Below are positions 55,765 to 64,000 of a stretch of DNA of 64,000 bases, in pieces. Positions within the stretch are counted from its first letter, which is position 1, and the number at the start of each line of letters is the position of its first letter. The translations under genes and the position numbers were made by a program. The DNA comes from a virus (Duplodnaviria > Caudoviricetes): positions 32,001-96,000 of IMG/VR virus record IMGVR_UViG_3300044266_000210; one strand, written 5' to 3'. The notes beneath the pieces are model-generated. The model saw only the letters and a program-made list of their open reading frames with translations, was not told the origin of the DNA and ran no database searches.

Positions 55765-56094
55765 ATGGAACTCATTATTGGTGTTATCGCTATTGCGGTA
55801 GTTGGTTATTTTGTATTCTTCCGTAAGAAAGAGGAGATTGCTTCTCCTGCTCCGTACAAGGTAGAAACTCCTCAGCAAGATATTATGACAGGTATTATAG
55901 TTTCTCCTAAAGAAGCTCCTGCACCCGTCGTAGAAGAAGTCAAAGCTGAAGCTCCTGCACCTGTTGTAGAAGCCGCACCTGCTAAGAAGCCACGCAAACC
56001 ACGTGCTCCTAAAGCAGAAAAACCAGCCGCAAAAAAAGCCGCTCCTAAAAAGGTAGCGGCTATTAAAGTAACTAAGAAATCAAAGAAGGCTTAA
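55765..56094 (+). CDS. Membrane-anchored Pro/Ala/Lys-rich protein
   Basis: N-terminal TM helix; histone-H1-like KKAAPKK tail; AAGGA RBS. Confidence 0.75.
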   Translation: MELIIGVIAIAVVGYFVFFRKKEEIASPAPYKVETPQQDIMTGIIVSPKEAPAPVVEEVKAEAPAPVVEAAPAKKPRKPRAPKAEKPAAKKAAPKKVAAIKVTKKSKKA

Positions 56095-57108
56095 TTTACG
56101 AGCCTGCTCGGCAAGTGCAAAACTTGCCAAGTTCTTAGCCTTGGACTCGCACATAATGTCGAAGTCGTGAAGGAAACTGAGGGCCCATTCGTTCACTGCT
56201 GTATTCCAGTAGAAGTCCGAGTGGGCCCTTAGCTTTTGAACCTTGTGCCCTGCCTCTAATAGAATCTGCTTGTTGGGCGGAACTAGAGAGTCGTGACCAG
56301 CCAGTAGATCTTCGCGGCTGACAGAGTAATGGCAAGTAGGCCGAACACCACGCCAGCTATCAACGACCCTTTTAACGCGGGGGTCCATAGCAGAGACATA
56401 TTCGCCCGTCTTACACCAATGGTGATGAATATCCAATACGATAGGAACGAGATCAGCCAACTCAAGGCAATCATCCAACCCATAACTTATTTCCTCGTTT
56501 TCGATAGTAATACAATTGCGGGCTTCGGGGGATAGTCTTTTGTACGCGGCGCGGATACCTTCTGGACCGGCTCGACCCGCAATGTGGACGTTGATCTTAA
56601 AGTCTTGGAAGGTCTGACCATATCCCATCCAGCGTACCATGTCCGTATGGTATTCAAATTCATCGATACTCCGATCTACAATATCTGGGTTATCACTGGC
56701 CAGAACAGTAAACTGGCCAGGATGCATACTGAGCTTAACATTGTTCTTGCGAGCCAAATCTCCGATTTGCTTAAAGCCTCTTTCGCAATAGGCTCTGACA
56801 TCGGAAAGCCGCCAAAACCGGCTCCAAACTGGCTCAGTGTAAACAGGCAGTATATCGCTACTGAGTCGAACCATTCTAAGATTTTCATCAAGTTCTCCTA
56901 CTCGTTGTACCAGTAGCCGAGTAGATTCAATGTTACCTTTCATAAGGTCCCACAGTTTTTCTTCAGCTACCGCGGTAGTTTGTCTATTTAGCCAAGCTAC
57001 AGTTGTAGCGCCAGTGTTGTATTTCTTAGCATCATCTTTGGGTTTGATGCCATCGACTTGCCCTGCGTGATCAATCCACTTACAGGCAAAGCCTAGTTTC
57101 TTAGTCAT
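56080..57108 (-). CDS. uvsE: UV damage endonuclease (UvdE/UvsE family)
   Basis: LGFAC, RLSSD, SMHPGQF, IENEE, LDIHHH, HSD, ESKAK. Confidence 0.92.
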   Translation of the reverse strand: MTKKLGFACKWIDHAGQVDGIKPKDDAKKYNTGATTVAWLNRQTTAVAEEKLWDLMKGNIESTRLLVQRVGELDENLRMVRLSSDILPVYTEPVWSRFWRLSDVRAYCERGFKQIGDLARKNNVKLSMHPGQFTVLASDNPDIVDRSIDEFEYHTDMVRWMGYGQTFQDFKINVHIAGRAGPEGIRAAYKRLSPEARNCITIENEEISYGLDDCLELADLVPIVLDIHHHWCKTGEYVSAMDPRVKRVVDSWRGVRPTCHYSVSREDLLAGHDSLVPPNKQILLEAGHKVQKLRAHSDFYWNTAVNEWALSFLHDFDIMCESKAKNLASFALAEQARKLSLL

Positions 57109-57716
57109 AGTGTCTTTCTGTATTGATACATCCAATCGAGCCCATCACGATCTAATCCTCGTCCTATAAACTCAAAGTTATAGTTTTCAAGGTGTTGTTT
57201 TACAGAATCTGTCTGTCCACCTAAATTAGTATATTCGAAACTTAACTGATCAATGTTAAACATATTCCAATTTGTATCAATGATAACATCACCATCGATG
57301 CCCTCAATATCTAATGATAACACATCTATATAGGTTTTGTCAACTGTTCTGGTTAAAAACTCAGTAAGAGTTTCACAGGGTGCAATAAATTCACCCAAAT
57401 TGCTTTGCCTAGTATGTTCTTTTTTAATACTAGTACATTGAAAATGCGGACCGTCTGATAATGCGTAGTAAAAAGTAATAGACCGTTCTGAGTAAGAACT
57501 TGGAACTATTCCGATATTATAAATTTCGGCCTGGGGATAATCTTTCCAACATTCTTGCAAAAATGGAATATTAATAGGATTTGGTTCTACCAGGAGTACT
57601 CGTCCTACAGTTTCTTTATCTAGAGACTTAACCATTCCGGTAAAGCCGTCGACAAAGTTTGCACTTGGATCTCTATCTCCTGCACCTGCACCTATCTGTA
57701 CAAAAGTTTTTTTCAT
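57105..57716 (-). CDS. FkbM-family methyltransferase-like
   Basis: FVQIGA, LVEPNP, DVLSLDIEG. Confidence 0.75.
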   Translation of the reverse strand: MKKTFVQIGAGAGDRDPSANFVDGFTGMVKSLDKETVGRVLLVEPNPINIPFLQECWKDYPQAEIYNIGIVPSSYSERSITFYYALSDGPHFQCTSIKKEHTRQSNLGEFIAPCETLTEFLTRTVDKTYIDVLSLDIEGIDGDVIIDTNWNMFNIDQLSFEYTNLGGQTDSVKQHLENYNFEFIGRGLDRDGLDWMYQYRKTL

Positions 57717-57880
57717 TTTACCTTTTGTAAGGACCAGCTACCGTCTTTGTTGTCAATCCACTCAAGTGTGTCACCTTCGACCCACCCTTGTAATTGTAGC
57801 ATATCTTCAGGCAATGGCAAAATTAATTCACCTGTTTCGGGATCTTCCTCTATAGTGATAGTCCACTGTTGAGTACTCAT
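57713..57880 (-). CDS. 55-aa AbrB/MazE/SpoVT-like DNA-binding protein (not in ORF track)
   Basis: MSTQQWTITIEEDPETGELILPLPEDMLQLQGWVEGDTLEWIDNKDGSWSLQKVK. Confidence 0.7.
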   Translation of the reverse strand: MSTQQWTITIEEDPETGELILPLPEDMLQLQGWVEGDTLEWIDNKDGSWSLQKVK

Positions 57881-58044
57881 AGTCTGGCCATTTTGATATT
57901 AGCATAGGATAGGAAGGCGTTAAATGCCGCCCAACCATAATTGCCTCTTGCTAAATTATCTAGGAACGCATAGGCGCACCAACCTGCGACAAAAAAACTA
58001 ATTGCATAACCGTTTTCTCTGAACCAATTTAACACAGTATCCAT
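57877..58044 (-). CDS. 55-aa membrane protein (not in ORF track)
   Basis: MDTVLNWFRENGYAISFFVAGWCAYAFLDNL...; AAGGAG RBS, ATGA overlap. Confidence 0.65.
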   Translation of the reverse strand: MDTVLNWFRENGYAISFFVAGWCAYAFLDNLARGNYGWAAFNAFLSYANIKMARL

Positions 58045-58047
58045 TTG

Positions 58048-58281
58048 TTACTCCTTTGTTAGAGCCGCCCAAATTAAAAATTGCCGCATTGCTCTGTAAA
58101 CATGCTCGGCTTCGTTATCATCTATGTCAAGTTTCTTACCTCGAACATAGAACCCGTCACTGGCCACTTTGAGCATTTCACTCTGACCCGTATAGAAAGT
58201 TATATTGGCACCGTCGCCATTCTCTGGCGGAGAGCTTATACTCAGTGCCGGGGTAGGCACAGGAATATCCTCTTCAAACAT
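58048..58281 (-). CDS. Hypothetical protein
   Basis: Start MFEEDIP (alternative start 58302). Confidence 0.6.
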   Translation of the reverse strand: MFEEDIPVPTPALSISSPPENGDGANITFYTGQSEMLKVASDGFYVRGKKLDIDDNEAEHVYRAMRQFLIWAALTKE

Positions 58282-58308
58282 AAATCCACAAGCATCACAC
58301 ATAGTATT

Positions 58309-58337
58309 ATTTTAAATGATATTACGGAAATAGTCAA
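58309..58337 (-). promoter_or_regulatory. Sigma70 promoter
   Basis: TTGACT-N17-TAAAAT. Confidence 0.65.
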
Positions 58338-59250
58338 TGGTTTTTTTGAGTCCTTCTTCCAAAGAAATTTTTGGTTCCCATCCCAAAATTCTCTTGGCTT
58401 TCTCAATATTTGGTTTACGCTGTTTTGGATCATCCTGCGGCAATGGAGGATGTAAAATTGTATTAGAAGTACCCGTTAGCGCAATAACTTTTTCTGCCAA
58501 TTCGTTCATGGTAAACTCTCCAGGATTGCCTAAATTAATCGGACCCGGAAGACCGTCTGGAGCATCTAACGACATATACTTTGTCATTCCGTCAATTAGG
58601 TCATCTACATAGCAAAAACTGCGAGTTTGTTCGCCGCTACCATAGACCGTGATATCTTTGCCTTGTAAGGCCTGAACAACAAAATTACTGACTACACGAC
58701 CATCATTTTGCGCCATTCTAGGACCGTAAGTATTAAAGATACGAATAATGCGTACATCTACATTATGCATACGGAAGTAGTCCATGCATAAAGTTTCTGC
58801 GGCTCTTTTGCCTTCGTCGTAACAACTGCGAATGCCGATTGGATTTACATTACCCCAATAGTCTTCGGTTTGTGGATGAACTGCAGGATCACCGTAGACT
58901 TCAGATGTGCTAGCCTGTAGAATCTTAGCGCCTGTTCTTTTGGCAAGACCTAGCATATTGTAAGTACCAATTACACTGGTCTTCATTGTTTGTATAGGAT
59001 CCCATTGATAATAAAATGGACTTGCAGGACAGGCAAGGTTGTAAATTTCATCTACCTCAACATACAGAGGAATACAGATATCTTGACGAATAACTTCAAA
59101 ATTTTTGTAGTCTAGTAGATGTTCAATATTCTTTTTGCTACCTGTAAAATAGTTGTCAACACAAAGAACATGATGTCCTTCCTTTACTAGGCGTTCACAG
59201 AGGTGGCTACCTAAAAAGCCGGCACCCCCGGTTACTAAAATCTTTTTCAT
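58312..59250 (-). CDS. UDP-glucuronate decarboxylase (UDP-xylose synthase) family SDR
   Basis: [48 protein letters not shown]. Confidence 0.92.
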   Translation of the reverse strand: MKKILVTGGAGFLGSHLCERLVKEGHHVLCVDNYFTGSKKNIEHLLDYKNFEVIRQDICIPLYVEVDEIYNLACPASPFYYQWDPIQTMKTSVIGTYNMLGLAKRTGAKILQASTSEVYGDPAVHPQTEDYWGNVNPIGIRSCYDEGKRAAETLCMDYFRMHNVDVRIIRIFNTYGPRMAQNDGRVVSNFVVQALQGKDITVYGSGEQTRSFCYVDDLIDGMTKYMSLDAPDGLPGPINLGNPGEFTMNELAEKVIALTGTSNTILHPPLPQDDPKQRKPNIEKAKRILGWEPKISLEEGLKKTIDYFRNII

Positions 59251-59579
59251 TAATGATTCCTTATTCCGTCAAACACACAGACAAAATATAAATCTGTATC
59301 GCCTGTATTATGTACTCTATGAAAAGCACCATCGGCAATTAAAACAACATCTCCGGGATTTACTACAAACTTATCGTTGTCGATTTCCATCATGCCGCTG
59401 CCGTGTACAAATTGGTACACTTCTTCTTGCCCGGCATGACTATGGCCGCTGGTGCTTTTACCAGGATGTAGAGTTGTTGAACTTACAACTAAATTTTTTA
59501 ATGTCTTATTATCTTTTACAATATAGCGGTCGTCATTTTTTACAACTTCGCCGCCTATATCAAAACCGCCTAGTTTCAT
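59250..59579 (-). CDS. Cupin domain protein
   Basis: HSHAGQEE...GD...HRVHN. Confidence 0.85.
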   Translation of the reverse strand: MKLGGFDIGGEVVKNDDRYIVKDNKTLKNLVVSSTTLHPGKSTSGHSHAGQEEVYQFVHGSGMMEIDNDKFVVNPGDVVLIADGAFHRVHNTGDTDLYFVCVFDGIRNH

Positions 59580-59710
59580 TTACTTCCTTTCTTTTCAACG
59601 ATACCGTATTGATTATACAACCAAGAAATAAATCTTTCAATATCTTTGTTAGGAAAAGGGTAAACTCTATAGGCTATTTCAATTTTTTCTAACCAATCTT
59701 TATCTATCAT
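59576..59710 (-). CDS. 44-aa hypothetical protein
   Basis: MIDKDWLEK... fits the gap. Confidence 0.5.
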   Translation of the reverse strand: MIDKDWLEKIEIAYRVYPFPNKDIERFISWLYNQYGIVEKKGSK

Positions 59711-59711
59711 T

Positions 59712-60464
59712 TTAAAATACTTGACTAAAACTGTTAATGTCTCTAGTAATTTTTTCGCCTTCCGGTAAGCCCAATCTAGTCCTTGGAACATCAATGGCTG
59801 CAAATACTAGCCAACTATCCGAATCGTTATATATTTCTGTAAACTTATGTACATCGTGTACAAACAGTTCTTTAAATTCCGAAATACGATTTTTATCAAC
59901 TCTAGGGAGTTCTCCCCCTGGTAGCATATGAAATGCTGCACCCGATTCTGGTGCAAACAATGGAATAATAATTCTAACTAGGTGGTTGTCTGTGTGTGCG
60001 TATTCTCGTACGATTGTTCTAAATTTAATTGTGCGAGGTGCAACTGCGGTGTAGTGTAAATTTACACAATCACTATCTAACAGTTGTGCTAAATTATAAG
60101 CTGAAGAATATTGAGCGGCATTAAATGTTCCGTAGACATCTGGGTTACTGATGCTTCTATGAATATTGTGTAATTCGTCTTCAAATGTATAAACTAAAGA
60201 TCTGAATCTAATGCCGTCAGGATTTACCTCAAATTTATTTTGTTCAGCGTTAAAAGTTTGTACTTTGTGCTCGTACAGTGCGCTTACTTCTGGCCCCAAT
60301 ACATTGTTAATGTCTTCGTGATTATCCCACCAGGTTACTGCACTTTCAATGTCAGAAAAGTTTTTCATAACATCGTCCTTCAACCCTTGTATATAAGGTT
60401 GAAGTAAAGTATAAAAATCAGGAATATCTTCCTTTGTCCAGGTTTGTTTTGGTGGTTGATACAT
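59712..60464 (-). CDS. Aspartyl/asparaginyl beta-hydroxylase-like fold, apparently lacking metal ligands
   Basis: APRTI...VRIIIPL...YNDSDSWLVFAAIDVPR resembles the family layout; the His positions are replaced. Confidence 0.5.
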   Translation of the reverse strand: MYQPPKQTWTKEDIPDFYTLLQPYIQGLKDDVMKNFSDIESAVTWWDNHEDINNVLGPEVSALYEHKVQTFNAEQNKFEVNPDGIRFRSLVYTFEDELHNIHRSISNPDVYGTFNAAQYSSAYNLAQLLDSDCVNLHYTAVAPRTIKFRTIVREYAHTDNHLVRIIIPLFAPESGAAFHMLPGGELPRVDKNRISEFKELFVHDVHKFTEIYNDSDSWLVFAAIDVPRTRLGLPEGEKITRDINSFSQVF

Positions 60465-60498
60465 TAAGTTTCTCCAATTATTCTACTATTTAACTTAA

Positions 60499-60690
60499 TC
60501 ACCAATGTCTTATAGTGTTTGCAATAATAAAAAAACAGGTAATAATATGAATAATTACCCAAAATGTTTTTAAAAAAAGCGCTATCCTGGCCTCTTTTAG
60601 TGTTAAAATAGGAACATCGGGCCGGTCATCATCTGTATTACCCATTAGATGACCTGTGGCCCTTGCCCAAATACGCTCTAGGCTATTCAT
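60499..60690 (-). CDS. Small membrane protein
   Basis: 63 aa, C-terminal TM helix. Confidence 0.65.
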   Translation of the reverse strand: MNSLERIWARATGHLMGNTDDDRPDVPILTLKEARIALFLKTFWVIIHIITCFFIIANTIRHW

Positions 60691-60702
60691 AGTTTTCTTA
60701 TA

Positions 60703-61206
60703 TTATGCAAACAAGTCCTCGCCCCATTCGCGGTGTCCTTCGCGGAAAGCCATATTACTTTGTGTTTCACGCACTTCGACACGATAACACCACAGTCTTT
60801 CCGATTCAGCAGGTCCCCAATAGTCAGGAACATAAACCCCGTTTACGAACTTATATAGCATATCTGCTAATCCTTCACAGCCAAGGCGTGGAAGAATAGT
60901 TAATTTTGCCATCTTCTTGCTTTCTAGTAACTTGTATGTTTCCAGTTCTGGATCATCTTGTGCTACAAGCAAGGTATGATCAAATTGATCCTCGAGGATT
61001 TTTTTGAGCTCTTTAAGACCGCCGTAATCTGCACACCAGTTACGAACATCAAGGTCGTCGGTTCCAAAATAGAACTTCATACTAAATGAGTAGCCGTGAA
61101 TTAGATTACAATGGCTGTCAGCCCTCCATTGTCGGTAGGCACAAGGGAACGCATCGTGGTATTCCTTAGTACTTACAAATTTATAGTCAATATGTTGTTT
61201 TGCCAT
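60703..61206 (-). CDS. queD: 6-carboxytetrahydropterin synthase (QueD/PTPS family)
   Basis: CNLIHGY, DYGGLK, FDHTLL, GCE, VEVRET. Confidence 0.88.
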   Translation of the reverse strand: MAKQHIDYKFVSTKEYHDAFPCAYRQWRADSHCNLIHGYSFSMKFYFGTDDLDVRNWCADYGGLKELKKILEDQFDHTLLVAQDDPELETYKLLESKKMAKLTILPRLGCEGLADMLYKFVNGVYVPDYWGPAESERLWCYRVEVRETQSNMAFREGHREWGEDLFA

Positions 61207-61290
61207 CTCTTCTCTCCTTTATAAAAGTAGCAAGTTTGATGACATGCAGAATTTATAAAGCGGGATGAATGTCTTAGAGCCGCTGTATGT
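61207..61290 (-). ncRNA. Structured 5' leader of queD (candidate pseudoknot cis-regulator)
   Basis: P1 AGCGG/CCGCU, P2 GACAU/AUGUC, alternative CUUUAUAAA/UUUAUAAAG stem reaching into the SD. Confidence 0.5.
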
Positions 61291-61292
61291 TT

Positions 61293-61321
61293 ATGTTACT
61301 ATTTAAGTATGTAGATGTCAA
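61293..61321 (-). promoter_or_regulatory. Composite sigma70 plus late-type promoter for queD
   Basis: TTGACA-N17-TAACAT with TAAATA (61300-61305) in the spacer. Confidence 0.65.
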
Positions 61322-61324
61322 GCA

Positions 61325-61492
61325 TTATTTTTTCAAATCGTCAACATCGTTGCGTAGGCTTTTAATTTCGTCTGCTAGAAATTTCACAAGTCCGCGCTCC
61401 TTGTTTCTACCGTCACACTCTTTTTTGAGAAGTGATAAGATCCAGATAATTCCGATGCCTGTGATGCCTAATATTGTTATTCCATATGCCAT
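61325..61492 (-). CDS. 55-aa single-TM plus coiled-coil protein (not in ORF track)
   Basis: MAYGITILGITGIGIIWILSLLKKECDGRNKERGLVKFLADEIKSLRNDVDDLKK; GGGAG RBS. Confidence 0.7.
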   Translation of the reverse strand: MAYGITILGITGIGIIWILSLLKKECDGRNKERGLVKFLADEIKSLRNDVDDLKK

Positions 61493-61495
61493 AAT

Positions 61496-61541
61496 AAATC
61501 TCCCATGAGCAGTATTATTTACACCACTTGATGGGAGATTT
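61496..61541 (-). promoter_or_regulatory. SD-sequestering hairpin with a late promoter between its arms
   Basis: AAATCTCCCAT-N24-ATGGGAGATTT, with TAAATA at 61516-61521. Confidence 0.7.
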
Positions 61542-61555
61542 TAGTCTGTAGTTTA

Positions 61556-62140
61556 TTATCGACTCTCTACAATACGATCACATAGTCCGTATGCAAGTGC
61601 TTCACTGGCGCTCATAAATGTATCTCGATCCATGTCGCGCTCAAATTCTTCATAGGTTTTGCCTGCGGTATTATGCTTAACATATAGTTTAGTCAGCATT
61701 TCTTTCATATATGTAATCTCTTTATATTGAATTTCAATGTCGCTTTGCATACCACGGGCGCCGCCACTGGGTTGATGGATCATATGACGCGAATGCGGTA
61801 ACATAAATCTTTTTCCTGGAGTGCCAGACTGCGCCAAGAAACTACCCATACTACAGGCTTGACCGAGTACATAGGTAGCAACATCGGGTTTAACAAACTG
61901 CATCACATCATAGATAGCCATACCACTGGTAATAACACCACCGGGGCTGTTGATGTAGAAGTTTATATCCTTCTCACTGTCTTGACTCTCTAGGTGAAGC
62001 ATCTGTGCTACGATCAGATTGCTACTGGCATCATCAACTGGCCCGTTGAGGAACACAATACGCTCATTGAGCAAGCGACTGTAAATATCAAAGGCTCGTT
62101 CGCCTTGACCAGTCTTTTCGATTACCATCGGTACTAACAT
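61556..62140 (-). CDS. clpP: ATP-dependent Clp protease proteolytic subunit
   Basis: DIYSRLL, YINSPGG, ACSMGS, MIHQP, DRD. Confidence 0.96.
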   Translation of the reverse strand: MLVPMVIEKTGQGERAFDIYSRLLNERIVFLNGPVDDASSNLIVAQMLHLESQDSEKDINFYINSPGGVITSGMAIYDVMQFVKPDVATYVLGQACSMGSFLAQSGTPGKRFMLPHSRHMIHQPSGGARGMQSDIEIQYKEITYMKEMLTKLYVKHNTAGKTYEEFERDMDRDTFMSASEALAYGLCDRIVESR

Positions 62141-62589
62141 TAAAATTCATCCTTTAAAATTGGTGTAGATTTACTCAGACCTGCTACAATCTGAAATTGT
62201 TCCCAAGCCTTTTTAACAGCAGGGTTTGATTCTAGTTCTTCTGTTGGCAGACTTGCTTCTAGCCAGTAGTAAGGCAACCGGCTAGGATGTGCGCCAAATT
62301 GTCGAGGCTGGTGCAGTTTGCCCGACTCCATTAGTTCAATGCTTACGCTACGGAAACGATCTTCGTCTTCGTCTGAAAATCCTGCCCATTCGGGATTAGC
62401 GCCGCTGAACATTCCGCGGAAAGGATTTCCGTCAGTGCCCCCGCCGTATCCTTCCCAAATACCCTGCCATTGTTCGTCGTTGTGCGGATCAAAATCGGTG
62501 CGGGCAATAACAACTAACACATCTGAAATATCTACCTTGCCTTCGACAATATCACGAATACAACGGCTATAACTTAGTCCAATTTTCAT
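62140..62589 (-). CDS. Hypothetical protein
   Basis: 149 aa. Confidence 0.7.
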   Translation of the reverse strand: MKIGLSYSRCIRDIVEGKVDISDVLVVIARTDFDPHNDEQWQGIWEGYGGGTDGNPFRGMFSGANPEWAGFSDEDEDRFRSVSIELMESGKLHQPRQFGAHPSRLPYYWLEASLPTEELESNPAVKKAWEQFQIVAGLSKSTPILKDEF

Positions 62590-63011
62590 TTTGCAACCCT
62601 TTCTTTATAACGAGCCTGTCGCTCTTCATTGTGTTCGTCACATAGGACCTTAATCCAACCTTCATTGCGGCTTTCGCCCGGCTTACCACAAACCTCGCAG
62701 GTAACTCCGCTCATACTTTCGGCCATAGCACACAATCCGTTAATATAATCATCGCCGCCGCTGTAATAGAAGCGCAAGGTTCCAAATTTTTCTTTAATTT
62801 GCATGGCAACAACCTGCGGAACAACTTCGCTATCTTTATTCTTCCAATCAATATGATGTTGGATGTTGTTGCAAAGTTGATTGATAATTTGAAACCAACC
62901 ATCGCCGCATTCAAAACCCCAGCACATTAAAGTTTCTTTCATGTTGCCGTGTCTATCCTTAAAGATTTTAGGATAGACCTTACATAGATATTCGTCAAGT
63001 TCCTGTTTCAT
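62586..63011 (-). CDS. Hypothetical phage protein (GW...QIKEKFGTLRFY...CEVCG)
   Basis: 141 aa with a zinc-ribbon-like end. Confidence 0.7.
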   Translation of the reverse strand: MKQELDEYLCKVYPKIFKDRHGNMKETLMCWGFECGDGWFQIINQLCNNIQHHIDWKNKDSEVVPQVVAMQIKEKFGTLRFYYSGGDDYINGLCAMAESMSGVTCEVCGKPGESRNEGWIKVLCDEHNEERQARYKERVAK

Positions 63012-63258
63012 TTTGTTTATCCAGTTCGTGTTGTTTAACCATTCTATACAAAGGCTCCATTCGTTCTTGGAAAACTTCTGGAGCCTTGTCTGCAGCCTGT
63101 TTTAGATCAGAAGCAAACGGATAGTGCCGCAAAATACTATATGCCTCCTGCCTAACAGCCTTGGGTATTCGAGGATACTTCTTTCTATCGTGAGCAATTT
63201 CTTGTAGGAAACGACTTGCCCACATTACAGCACGGTATCGTTCGTCAGGCAATGTCAT
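62995..63258 (-). CDS. Hypothetical protein (MTLPDER, BPSL0761-like)
   Basis: 87 aa, LRHYP motif. Confidence 0.6.
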   Translation of the reverse strand: MTLPDERYRAVMWASRFLQEIAHDRKKYPRIPKAVRQEAYSILRHYPFASDLKQAADKAPEVFQERMEPLYRMVKQHELDKQNETGT

Positions 63259-63886
63259 TTTTCTTTTGCTTCTTTAAGTTTTTCATAGACTTTTCCCACA
63301 TTCTTTCGTCAAAAGTTTTCTCTTTTTTGAGTTCTTCAAAATATTTTTTATTCTTTTCTTCAAAAGAAACAGGATCACGCTGGTGTTCTTCAATGGCAGC
63401 TCGTAATGCTTCCTCAATAAAATCGTTAAATTTCATATCGCGTTCGTGTGCTATAACCATATACTTGAGTAGTTCTTCATCGGTAAAATCCACCGGAATG
63501 CTAATTCGAGTATCATATTCTTCCCCGGCAACAATAGCCAGGGCTTTTTGAATCCAATCGTCGTTGACTTCAAGATCAGTGTAGTCTACATCATCCCAGG
63601 CTTGGTTAGCATAAGAATCATTCTTAGATTGCTTTTCTACAGCCTCTTTATAAAGAGGGTTGATCAACCTATAGGCACGATCGTTGGTGTAGTCACAGGC
63701 TTCTACCTGGTAGACAAGTTGAGTTTTTGTGTCAAACACAATATTGAAACTCCAGCCACCGTGGCCGTGAACACCATTCCAGGCACTTAGGCAATGAGCA
63801 TCATATCCAAATGCTTCTGAATACCATGCATCGCCCTCGGTGATACGATAGCCAACTACTTCCATCCATTCTTTTAAGGTAATCAT
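63245..63886 (-). CDS. Hypothetical protein
   Basis: 213 aa, AAGGAAG RBS. Confidence 0.7.
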   Translation of the reverse strand: MITLKEWMEVVGYRITEGDAWYSEAFGYDAHCLSAWNGVHGHGGWSFNIVFDTKTQLVYQVEACDYTNDRAYRLINPLYKEAVEKQSKNDSYANQAWDDVDYTDLEVNDDWIQKALAIVAGEEYDTRISIPVDFTDEELLKYMVIAHERDMKFNDFIEEALRAAIEEHQRDPVSFEEKNKKYFEELKKEKTFDERMWEKSMKNLKKQKKNDIA

Positions 63887-63999
63887 GTTATCTTCCTTGA
63901 GTTAAGTTTACGACATTCTTGCTTGACAGATTCGGGATAATCCGGACTGATTTCAGCAATACTGCAATCATAGCGTATAACACCATGCCTAGGATAATA
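63883..63999 (-). CDS. Partial ORF (3' end only)
   Basis: ...YDCSIAEISPDYPESVKQECRKLNSRKIT*, with an ATGA overlap into the next gene. Confidence 0.55.
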   Translation of the reverse strand, partial: YYPRHGVIRYDCSIAEISPDYPESVKQECRKLNSRKIT

Positions 64000-64000
64000 G

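Noticed and set aside
57713-58044. Toxin-antitoxin pair around the AbrB/MazE-like ORF
   Set aside because: The neighbours are a small membrane protein and a methyltransferase-like gene; no MazF or PIN toxin is recognisable.
1-64000. Stop-codon reassignment, as seen in some large phages
   Set aside because: Conserved genes (thyA, polB, clpA, clpP) are full length in the standard code and coding density is already near complete.

Overview
A 64-kb slice of a large AT-rich dsDNA tailed phage, probably a T4-like or jumbo myovirus infecting a Gram-negative host (it encodes spanins). Genes are tightly packed and nearly all on the minus strand, in the standard genetic code. I saw no tRNA, rRNA, CRISPR array or integrase. 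Modules: nucleotide and replication genes (thyA, 5'-3' exonuclease, family B polymerase, clamp, clamp loader, a DnaE fragment); a 7-deazaguanine DNA-modification set (QueD, QueE, DpdL-like T-fold protein, DpdA/TGT-like protein) interleaved with a glycosyltransferase and sugar-nucleotide enzymes; a block of probable head-packaged internal proteins; proteostasis genes (ClpA, ClpP, DnaJ, GroES, Def, Dps); a lysis cassette; and tail/baseplate genes. Strongest leads: (1) an exact 15-bp DNA repeat (AAGGTGTGGCGGAAG, encoding GVAE) that delimits in-frame peptide cassettes inside a 1439-aa protein with three nucleotidyltransferase-type domains, where one cassette starts with a hidden Tat signal peptide; (2) possible glycosylated 7-deazaguanine hypermodification; (3) an unannotated 57-aa DfrB/R67-type DHFR homolog coupled to thyA; (4) several cis-regulatory RNA candidates (pseudoknot leader of queD, tandem hairpins before the polymerase, 5'-end/terminator-loop complementarity in phoH, late promoters nested in hairpins). 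All family calls come from motif recognition by eye; no database searches were run.
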